From positions 90,001 through 122,000 of the forward strand of contig OY970071.1 in NCBI GenBank assembly GCA_963705375.1: DNA of 32,000 nt. Reading direction: 5' to 3'. Source of the stretch: Candidatus Saccharimonadota bacterium. Lineage in GTDB: Archaea > Micrarchaeota > Micrarchaeia > Micrarchaeales > Micrarchaeaceae. The notes beneath the pieces were generated by a model that ran no database searches, was not told where the DNA came from, and was given only the letters and a program-made list of their open reading frames with translations. A program made the position numbers and the translations under genes. Positions 17,647 through 24,949 of this stretch are shown piece after piece (position 1 is the stretch's first letter; each line of letters opens with the position of its first letter).

Positions 17647-18588
17647 ATGTTGGGTGCTACTGTGCAAGCCGCAAGAAGAACTTCGAGCACGCACGTAAAT
17701 GAAGTGTCAGCAGAAGTCACAGCAAACGCAATTGTTGGTGCGATACTGGATAGAAGTATCGATTTCTCTGCCCGACGTGACAAGCTCGTGAGGCTTGGAG
17801 TGGTGGACGAGGCCGGAGCCGTGCAGCCTATGCAACGTCAGGTTGCCAAATTATGCCGCGAAAAGGCCGCCGATGCCATCGGAACGCTTGTAAGTGCCAT
17901 GTATGGTGAATTTCTGAACCACAGCGGTAAATATGGCCAAAGTGACAAAGAAGCTATATATGAAAGAATAAACAAAGCAGTGGATGTGGTTAATGATTTC
18001 AAAGAATACGGGATAATGACCAAGACGAATGAGCGGTTGCTCTTCGGAAGAAGGCCGTCTGAAGGAATGCCATCCATCAGAGACAACATAATGACTTGCA
18101 TTCCTGCGATAGTGATCCGATGGAAATATCCCGAAGTTGCAGACATAGTTAATCTCATGTCTAAGAGTTTTGGGCTGTCAACTCGTGAAGCGCATGCTGA
18201 GGTGAATCGTCAAGTGGTTGTCGGGCTCAAAAAGCTCGCAGACGTTGTAGATCGCGATATAGGTGTAAGTCTAAAACCAAAGTCAGTTAGCGAGAGCTTT
18301 TTCACAAACTTTGCTTCCATTGTAAGTACTCTTGAGATAAACAGAGAAGGGCTTGGTGATGAACTGGTTCAAGCTGTGATGGAGCTTATTGCAGATGATT
18401 TTAGGACCAACCGTAGTTCGTTTCGTGAGACAATTGAGCGCCTTTCGGTCCTGAAACTTACAGCTGACGATATTGACAACCGATTACCTGGAGTGCTTAG
18501 TGACTGCCTTGGGTCAGAAGAACGGGCAAAACAACTGCTTGACGAAATTAAGCGCAGTCTTCAGCCACGTCACTCTGCCCAGCGTTGA
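17647..18588 (+). CDS. ORFan family member B (paralog of 16907..17551, longer)
   Basis: VNRQVVVGLKKLA and ELVQAVMELIADDF blocks match member A. TATAAATA at 17622-17629 lies just upstream of ATG 17647. The track ORF 5' extension (17524-17646) overlaps gene A and reads as non-protein-like sequence. Confidence 0.6.
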   Translation: MLGATVQAARRTSSTHVNEVSAEVTANAIVGAILDRSIDFSARRDKLVRLGVVDEAGAVQPMQRQVAKLCREKAADAIGTLVSAMYGEFLNHSGKYGQSDKEAIYERINKAVDVVNDFKEYGIMTKTNERLLFGRRPSEGMPSIRDNIMTCIPAIVIRWKYPEVADIVNLMSKSFGLSTREAHAEVNRQVVVGLKKLADVVDRDIGVSLKPKSVSESFFTNFASIVSTLEINREGLGDELVQAVMELIADDFRTNRSSFRETIERLSVLKLTADDIDNRLPGVLSDCLGSEERAKQLLDEIKRSLQPRHSAQR

Positions 18589-18590
18589 TT

Positions 18591-18920
18591 TTATCTTTTC
18601 CGCTTGTTCATCTGCTTGATGACAGCGTCAATTTTTGCGTTGAGTTCCGCCATATCCTTCTTAGAGGCGAACGGAGCCTTTTTCGCCATGCGGTTGATCT
18701 GCACCTTAACGCTCTTTGCGTACTTGACGCTCTGCGCCTGGTACTGCCTGACCGTAGCGCGCACCATCCGCTCACCCTCCTTGTGGCTGATTTTTTCCTT
18801 CTTTTCTAAGATGTTTGCTGCTTCTTTCAGCGCACTGGCAGTTATGTATGCGACACCCATGCCGAATTCGAGTCCTTTCTTTACCATTTTATCCATGTCA
18901 TCCATGTTTTCACCAATCAT
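18591..18920 (-). CDS. Phasin-like (COG3937-type) small helical protein
   Basis: The pattern VKKGLEFGMGVA...LEKKEKISHKEGERMV...FASKKDMAELNAKIDAV matches the KKGL-x-G-x-G...KKGEIS-x-EEG...ATKxDLxxL layout of PHA-regulator phasin-like proteins. It lies 6 nt downstream of the UbiB gene on the same strand. Confidence 0.55.
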   Translation of the reverse strand: MIGENMDDMDKMVKKGLEFGMGVAYITASALKEAANILEKKEKISHKEGERMVRATVRQYQAQSVKYAKSVKVQINRMAKKAPFASKKDMAELNAKIDAVIKQMNKRKR

Positions 18921-18926
18921 AATCGC

Positions 18927-20600
18927 TCATTCTAGCAGGATCTTGCCGGCAAGCCACACGCCCAACACGGCGCTTGCGATGAAGCCCACTACACTTAGTA
19001 GTTTGCTTGCACTGACAACAACAGAGGATCCAACAATCAGCGCAGAGATTATCATTGCAAGAGATAGCTTGTCGCTGATCCTGTCAAGATCTGCGGAGAA
19101 TACTTCAAGGTCTCTGTGTGCAAGCTCTATCTTGAGCTTGCCCTCTTCCATCTTTCCGAGAAACTTCCGGATAGATGCGGGCAGTGTGCGGGCTATGTAT
19201 TCGAAATCGAGCAGGTCATCCTTAAGAATATCTCCAAGGTTTTGTGTGCCCCAGCTGCTTGGCAACAGTTTCTTTGCGTAAGGCTCGAACTCTTCTGCAA
19301 TGTTGAAGCTCGGATCCAACTCAGTGCCGACCCCTTCCAGTATGAGCAAGGCACGGACCAGTTCTGCCATTTCTCTTGGCCTGTTGAATTCGTACTTGCC
19401 AAGTACTGCCAAAAGATCCGAAAGCATCTGCCCCATTTTTACATCGACTACGCGCATGGTGTAATACGTATCCAGCACATCGGTGACGTCTGCCTTGAAA
19501 GAGTCCAAGTCTGCGGTTTCTCCGATCATTCCGGTCCTGACCATGTGAGCCACTAGCCCATTAACGTTGTTCTCTACGGCAAACAGAGCAAGTCTGAGCA
19601 GCCTCTCGGCCATCTCCTTATCTACTGTGCCAACCCTGCCGAAATCGAGAAGGCCTATGCTGTTGTGCTCAAGGATCATGATGTTTCCGGGATGCATGTC
19701 TCCATGGTAAAAGCCATCAACCAGTACCATCTTGAAGAACATTTTTGCGCATCTGCGAGCGATAAGCTTGTTGTCGTACCTTTTGATTCTTGTGCCAATG
19801 ATTTCCGAGAGCTTGACGCCTTTCAGCTCTTCCATGACCATTACGCGCTGTGTGCACATGTCCTCATACACTGCCGGCACGTATACGCTCTTGTCAGACT
19901 CGAAGTTGTTCTTGAGCCTGATCGTATTCCTGCTTTCTCTAATGAAATCGAGCTCCTTCATTATGGAACGGTCGAACTCGTTTACAAGGTAAATAGGATC
20001 GTATTGTTTTGATTCGGGTATGTGCCTGTCGATAAGTGTGGCAAGATAGTGCATAATGCGCAAGTCTTCCTTTATGGTTTCCTCTATCTTCGGCCTCTGC
20101 ACTTTGACGACCACCTTGGCACCGTTCTTAAGCGTGGCCTTATGGATCTGACACATCGATGCCGAGGCAATCGGCTCTTCCTGGAACGAAGTAAAAAGTT
20201 CTTTGATGGGTTTACCCAGTTCCTTCACTATGATTTCGCGTGCCTGACTTGTGGGGAAAGGTCGCATCCTGTCCTGTAGCTTAGATAGTTCTGCGGCATA
20301 GTCTGCACCCACTATGTCTCCACGTGTACTCAGGAGCTGTCCGAACTTTACAAACGTGGGCCCGAGTTCTTCAAACATTAGCCTGAGGCGCTCTTGCGGT
20401 GACATGTACGCCATTTCCGGCCGTGCCTTTGCTGCAAACCTGATGGGTAGTTTTTCTCCTATGCGTATACGGTCGGCAAACTGGCCAAGTTGGAATTTGA
20501 CCAGTAGGTCAAGTATATGCGAGATTCTATCTACGTCTTGCCTGCTCTGTGATGTTCTGAAGATATCCACCAAAACCCACCGTAATGATATAGTTATCAA
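18927..20600 (-). CDS. ABC1/UbiB-family atypical protein kinase with C-terminal TM helices
   Basis: FEELGPTFVKFGQLLSTRGD, PIASASMCQIHKATL, VVVKVQRP and HGDMHPGNI motifs, with a C-terminal hydrophobic pair. The start is uncertain: TTG 20600, or GTG 20570 preceded by GGTGG. Confidence 0.85.
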   Translation of the reverse strand: MITISLRWVLVDIFRTSQSRQDVDRISHILDLLVKFQLGQFADRIRIGEKLPIRFAAKARPEMAYMSPQERLRLMFEELGPTFVKFGQLLSTRGDIVGADYAAELSKLQDRMRPFPTSQAREIIVKELGKPIKELFTSFQEEPIASASMCQIHKATLKNGAKVVVKVQRPKIEETIKEDLRIMHYLATLIDRHIPESKQYDPIYLVNEFDRSIMKELDFIRESRNTIRLKNNFESDKSVYVPAVYEDMCTQRVMVMEELKGVKLSEIIGTRIKRYDNKLIARRCAKMFFKMVLVDGFYHGDMHPGNIMILEHNSIGLLDFGRVGTVDKEMAERLLRLALFAVENNVNGLVAHMVRTGMIGETADLDSFKADVTDVLDTYYTMRVVDVKMGQMLSDLLAVLGKYEFNRPREMAELVRALLILEGVGTELDPSFNIAEEFEPYAKKLLPSSWGTQNLGDILKDDLLDFEYIARTLPASIRKFLGKMEEGKLKIELAHRDLEVFSADLDRISDKLSLAMIISALIVGSSVVVSASKLLSVVGFIASAVLGVWLAGKILLE

Positions 20601-20816
20601 CTAATCAAAAAGAGAGTATTAAAATGTTTGGTGTGGCTTCTCGGTGCTCGCGTCTTTGATGTACGTGCTGTCTGGGCAATAGGTTTGTCGTAAACAGTTT
20701 CTCGTGTTCTTCAGCATGCGCACCCTCGTGTGTCAAAATCACAAACTTTATTCAATAAACTGCAATAAAAGATAGCGCATAAGTATCTGGCCAGACAAAA
20801 AGCATCATGTGATAAA

Positions 20817-21257
20817 ATGTCTGCAGCGACACTTATGACGGCACCCCAAGCGGAAAAAACCATTAACTCCTTCATCAATCAACACGGCATCAATACCGTG
20901 CGCCCGGGCTTCGAGCAAGAAGTAAGCGAAGAAGCAAGTCATATGTTGAATGTAAAATACTATAGACTGTTTTCGGATCCTGATTCTGTTCCGATTCGCA
21001 TATTACTAGAAGACGGCAAAGAGCTACTCGCTGTGTTCATGGCTGATGGGAACATGCCTGCTGCTTTGCGTGTGTACTCTGCCATAGCAATTGACGATGA
21101 TCAGAAGCACGAAGCTCTTCAGACGGCAATAAAAGACGGGATACAAGCGCTCATACAGAAAGGGGGCATTAACTACATACAAGATGCTGCAGATGCTGTC
21201 GTGCAGTTCAAAGTATCTGCCTATGAGCTTCAAGAAATGCTTGATGAACTCGAATAA
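20817..21257 (+). CDS. ORFan (146 aa, soluble)
   Basis: ATG directly preceded by ATGTGATAAA (SD GTGAT). Protein-like composition. No family recognised. Confidence 0.5.
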   Translation: MSAATLMTAPQAEKTINSFINQHGINTVRPGFEQEVSEEASHMLNVKYYRLFSDPDSVPIRILLEDGKELLAVFMADGNMPAALRVYSAIAIDDDQKHEALQTAIKDGIQALIQKGGINYIQDAADAVVQFKVSAYELQEMLDELE

Positions 21258-21325
21258 CAACGTCTTTAGTGCGATTGCACGCCCGTTCAGAGTCGTGTTG
21301 CACTGCCCTGCAACTTTAAGCAGCA

Positions 21326-21850
21326 CTATATCGATTTTCTTATTTCCTCTATTGTCTTAAAGTATTCTTGACGTTTTTTCGGACCTATAGCCGCGGTCTC
21401 GATTCTGTCAAATTTATCTAGCATTTCTTTTTTTGTTCTGTCAGAAAGCGGACTTATCCAGGTAGGAAATATCAGGTTCTCTTTCTTAATGTGCTGAATG
21501 AGGAGCATCGTGTATCCTCTGATGTTCTGTATTGTTCCTGTGCTATCTTTTTTATTTACTGCTTCGCGCATGGCTCTCACAAAAGCCCTGCCATTTTCGT
21601 GCTCTTCGAGTAGTAAAGACACAGTATCTGCGTCTTTAACGCTCGTTTCCTTAATCAAGGGGAACAGGACCTCTTCCTCTTTTCCGTGATGGCATTTGTC
21701 CACAAAATTTGTGAGAACGTCAAAAATCTTTTCAAAGAATTCAGGAGCCATGCCTTTTCCGTTCTCCATTTTGTTCGCATAGGATGTCAAAAGGTTTACA
21801 GCCCTCACGATTATTATGTGCTCCTCGAGTAGATCTTCAAGAGCATTCAC
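21326..21850 (-). CDS. Hemerythrin-like (HHE cation-binding) domain protein
   Basis: His/Glu ligand pattern LLEEHIII, KCHHGKEEEVLFP, LLEEHENGR and LIQHIKKEN. GTG start preceded by GGAGGG. Confidence 0.75.
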   Translation of the reverse strand: MNALEDLLEEHIIIVRAVNLLTSYANKMENGKGMAPEFFEKIFDVLTNFVDKCHHGKEEEVLFPLIKETSVKDADTVSLLLEEHENGRAFVRAMREAVNKKDSTGTIQNIRGYTMLLIQHIKKENLIFPTWISPLSDRTKKEMLDKFDRIETAAIGPKKRQEYFKTIEEIRKSI

Positions 21851-21988
21851 AGTATCCCTCCGTTTTTATTGACTGGTAAGCTTATAAGTACCATGCCGCC
21901 TCACACGACGTTTGCGCACCAAACTGCGCTAGTGTACCGGTGTGCAAATCCACAAATTTCAGCAAATAAATTGTAATATAACAAAGAG

Positions 21989-22000
21989 TATATATATTTT
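21989..22000 (+). promoter_or_regulatory. Orphan consensus TATA box
   Basis: GTATATATATTT has the same core as the promoters at 23399, 30416 and 16795. Confidence 0.4.
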
Positions 22001-22033
22001 CTAAATGTTATACTTAGTTGAATGGTGTTCTAT

Positions 22034-22204
22034 ATGCCTCAACAACTAAGGTCTTTAGAAACAGCAAAAACATCAGACGATAAGTCCGAAGTACCTGGTG
22101 CTCGATGGCCGTGCACTCCTCGAGGCACAGAGATCAATAGCGTTTCGTCTGCTTCAGCGCCAAAGAAGAGTTGCCATGCATTGCGGTCAGAGCATGGCAA
22201 GTGA
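22034..22204 (+). CDS. Possible small protein (56 aa), speculative
   Basis: It is the only ORF in a 410-bp gap. A consensus TATA (21989-22000) lies about 40 nt upstream, with GGTG 7 nt before ATG 22034, the same architecture as neighbouring ORFan genes. The composition is low-complexity (Ser/Lys/Pro-rich). Confidence 0.25.
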   Translation: MPQQLRSLETAKTSDDKSEVPGARWPCTPRGTEINSVSSASAPKKSCHALRSEHGK

Positions 22205-22260
22205 ATAATCGAAGTGCTCTGCAGATTCCGACAAGGTTGTGGCGCTTTATTGTTTGTGTC

Positions 22261-22626
22261 TCACTTCTTCTTGATCTCTGCTGACAACGCCACCACCTCC
22301 ATCATCTCCCGGAGGTCTCTAGCCGCCATCAATGCATCGACTTTATTCCAATGTTTTTTCTCTACGAGATTCTGGACCACCTTTCCAGCACACTCTACCG
22401 GCAACTCAAAGCGCCAGAACGCCTCGTATGCCTCTCCTTTTTCTCCAGACCCTAGAAGCTCCGAGACCGCTTCTATCACGGCTTGTTTCACCTTCTCACA
22501 ATCTAGTACAGAATCAGAGCCCTCTCTGTGCACTTCCCTGTATGCCTCGTCTATCTCTCCTGCCTTTACGAGTTCTTTGATTCTGTTTTGCTCTACGTCT
22601 TCCTCGCGTTGTTCCACACCATCCAC
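22261..22626 (-). CDS. ORFan (121 aa, acidic helical protein)
   Basis: Protein-like composition, whereas the opposite-strand ORF 22214..22633 is Ser-rich shadow. GTG start embedded in AAGGGGTG. Confidence 0.5.
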   Translation of the reverse strand: MDGVEQREEDVEQNRIKELVKAGEIDEAYREVHREGSDSVLDCEKVKQAVIEAVSELLGSGEKGEAYEAFWRFELPVECAGKVVQNLVEKKHWNKVDALMAARDLREMMEVVALSAEIKKK

Positions 22627-22816
22627 CCCTTAAAATATGCAGCTTAGGAGATATTTAAGCCTAATCAGATAGCTTTATAAATATTTGCGGCAGTTGCCAG
22701 TAAAGATCACAGTAGTATGCTTAAGGAAACAGTTTTAAAGTTGGATTGCAAATCGCATGCGTAATGGCAAAGCACTGACCTGATGGGTGGTTGGTGTTTC
22801 TTACGCGAGGAGTTTC

Positions 22817-23287
22817 ATGACTGTTAGCATATATCTGGCTAGCCCCCTGGGCTTCACAGAGGAGGGTAGATCGTATATCCGGAACAGGCTGCTTCCGGCA
22901 CTCAAAAAGCTCAGTAACGTGGAGGTTCTGGATCCGTGGGAAGCTGTAATGAATATGAATGAGGGCCACGTCGTGGATGCTGCCTTTGCCCTAAGACACA
23001 AAGATGCCATGAGTTACGGCATGCACAACTTCGACCTTATAGACAAAGCAGACATTGTGCTTGCGTGTCTGAACGGTCCTGATCCCGACAGCGGCACATG
23101 CATCGAGATGGGTTATGCGTGCATGGCAGGAAAGCTCGTAGTAGGTTACCGGACAGACACAAGACGGTCTGGCGATGGTGGCGAGTTGCTCGTAAATCTT
23201 CAGGTCGAGGCTGCCGTTGAGAGGTCTGGAGGAAAAATATTCAAGAGCCTTGACGAAGCAGTGACATTCATAAGCTCCAGGGCCTGA
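22817..23287 (+). CDS. Nucleoside 2-deoxyribosyltransferase-like (Ndt/Rcl-fold) protein
   Basis: N-terminal SIYLASPLGF, and ADIVLACLNGPDPDSGTCIEMGYACMAGKLVVGY with the conserved Glu. SD GAGGAG lies 4 nt before ATG 22817. Confidence 0.7.
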   Translation: MTVSIYLASPLGFTEEGRSYIRNRLLPALKKLSNVEVLDPWEAVMNMNEGHVVDAAFALRHKDAMSYGMHNFDLIDKADIVLACLNGPDPDSGTCIEMGYACMAGKLVVGYRTDTRRSGDGGELLVNLQVEAAVERSGGKIFKSLDEAVTFISSRA

Positions 23288-23352
23288 ACAAACCTCATAA
23301 TTCCGAATACCCCTGTGTGTGCTTATTCACGTTTCTGTTATTGTCCAAAACA

Positions 23353-23376
23353 ACAAACTTGTACAAACTTGTACAA
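23353..23376. repeat. Tandem 10-bp direct repeat ACAAACTTGT x2 (plus a partial copy) creating two TTGTACAA palindromes one helical turn apart
   Basis: Read directly: acaaacttgt acaaacttgt acaac. TTGTACAA occurs at 23359-23366 and 23369-23376, 25-45 bp upstream of the TATA at 23399. Confidence 0.7.
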
Positions 23377-23398
23377 CAAATTTGGCTAAAAACACGAA

Positions 23399-23410
23399 GT
23401 ATATATATCT
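23399..23410 (+). promoter_or_regulatory. TATA box for 23448..24848
   Basis: GTATATATATCT lies about 44 nt upstream of the ATG. Confidence 0.5.
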
Positions 23411-23447
23411 AGAAATTCCGAAGTGACCTACGTATTATGTGATAAAA

Positions 23448-24848
23448 ATGGGAATTTTCAAGCACCAGTCAGACAAAACTAATCAACCTGATCAGCCAAA
23501 CACAAATAAAACAATAGAGCAAACAGATAATTCGATGCTTCCTGTGGTGCGGGATCCGACACCAGTGGACTTGGTTGCGTTCCGCACGGGTTTGGCAGGC
23601 ACATCTCCTCAAGTTCATGGTTATGGTGAATCAAGGGCATTAAAGGAAAGAAGCATTGTGGGTAGGATTGTAGACTATGTGATAGGCTCTCCAGATGAAG
23701 TTGGTGGAAATAGGTTGCGTTACACTGACATCGCAAGCGACCCGTTCAAAGCAGTATTTGTTCTTAACAGCAAAACTATTGCGACGTTCTGTGATTCACT
23801 TATTCCTCTTGAGCTGTTAAATCCGCTTCCTGATCAAGAAAAAGAAGCGAATGGACTGGGCAACTGGAAAAAGTATGTTGAGCTTGATGCCAGCGAAATA
23901 AAAACAATAGACAGAGACCACAATAAGATTGTGCTTGTGGACAAGATAAATAGCCGCACCATATACCTGGCGCTTTGTACGTTAACCGCCGGAATGCCAG
24001 ATAATTCTCTAAGGATAATATTGGAAGTGGCAAAGAACGTAGGGCTTGGCGCTTCGATGACGTTTGCAGAGGATGGCATGCCCGTTCTAGACAAAATTGG
24101 TCTTGCAAAAGGTCAGGAATTTGTCAAAGAAGTAGCAGGAATGGTTGTCCATTTCACGAATTACTCCTTTGCAGACCGATTCATTGTCGAAGTTATGCAT
24201 CACAAACCTTCTGAAAGCCAGTTCACGCCGAACGATATCTCTATGTTCGTACCTGCCGACTTGACGTTCAAGAAAGAGACCTTTATCAATAACGCGTTTA
24301 ACAAGCCAGTCAGGGCGTTGGGCTTTGATTCTTCGAAAAGAGCAGACGGAAAACTTGACGTCAGATTCATAAAGACAACGCACGATATAGACACGCCAGC
24401 AGAAGATGGCTGTGTTATTGCGCCGGACCATATTGCATTCTCAATAGATAGTTTGGAGAACTGGCCTAAAGAAATAGATCCTCACAAAGTGGCAGATAAG
24501 GTAAAAATGCTGAAGCTCGGCGGCAGTATCGGCATGGACGAGGATAGCCGCAGACAAATCGCCAGCTGTAGCCACGATCCTGACCTTACAGCTTCAATCT
24601 ATGCAGAAATCGAGCTCATTTATGCACAGCTATTGAGTGGTGGCCCACTTCCATTTGGCTCAGATAAGTATTTCAATAACAAGCAGTACCAAGCGCGCTA
24701 TGGGGCGCGTAACTCACAAATCGTAGAGGAGATTGTTTCCTCAGATGGCATACGGGACCATGCTGCTATGAACACGATAACTGCGCTCTTTACTGACCAA
24801 GAGATGCGACAGCTCAAGCAAAAATTGAGAACAGACCGTCTTTGGTAA
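23448..24848 (+). CDS. ORFan (466 aa, soluble)
   Basis: Long ORF with protein-like composition. Strong TATA at 23399-23410 and SD GTGAT before ATG 23448. No motif recognised. Confidence 0.6.
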   Translation: MGIFKHQSDKTNQPDQPNTNKTIEQTDNSMLPVVRDPTPVDLVAFRTGLAGTSPQVHGYGESRALKERSIVGRIVDYVIGSPDEVGGNRLRYTDIASDPFKAVFVLNSKTIATFCDSLIPLELLNPLPDQEKEANGLGNWKKYVELDASEIKTIDRDHNKIVLVDKINSRTIYLALCTLTAGMPDNSLRIILEVAKNVGLGASMTFAEDGMPVLDKIGLAKGQEFVKEVAGMVVHFTNYSFADRFIVEVMHHKPSESQFTPNDISMFVPADLTFKKETFINNAFNKPVRALGFDSSKRADGKLDVRFIKTTHDIDTPAEDGCVIAPDHIAFSIDSLENWPKEIDPHKVADKVKMLKLGGSIGMDEDSRRQIASCSHDPDLTASIYAEIELIYAQLLSGGPLPFGSDKYFNNKQYQARYGARNSQIVEEIVSSDGIRDHAAMNTITALFTDQEMRQLKQKLRTDRLW

Positions 24849-24868
24849 AGCATAGTGGCTTAAGCATC

Positions 24869-24888
24869 ACCTGCATCTTCATGCAGGT
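24869..24888 (+). terminator. Perfect 8-bp hairpin just after the stop of 23448..24848
   Basis: ACCTGCAT-cttc-ATGCAGGT lies 21 nt after the TAA stop. There is no adjacent T-tract, so it could instead be a protein-binding dyad upstream of the glycosylase promoter. Confidence 0.3.
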
Positions 24889-24949
24889 CAGCATTTGCAC
24901 ACGCTGTGCGGCACACTATTTATTTGCTGCTGTACACAGTATTTCTTAT

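Noticed and set aside
20624-20659. 11-codon mini-ORF MFGVASRCSRL starting with the same MFG as the paralog family
   Set aside because: No similarity beyond the first three residues in any frame downstream. It lies in the UbiB promoter region on the opposite strand, so it is most likely coincidence.
20817-21257. Possible relatedness of ORFans 20817..21257 and 26431..26934 (ILLEDGKELLAVF versus VILREDGTLTCVI)
   Set aside because: This is a single 13-residue patch with no supporting blocks elsewhere, too weak to claim homology without a statistical alignment.
22214-22633. 139-aa plus-strand ORF overlapping 22261..22626
   Set aside because: It is extremely Ser/Thr/Phe/Cys-rich and looks unprotein-like. 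The minus-strand frame has balanced, helical-protein composition and an SD-like AAGGGGTG at its start, so it was preferred.
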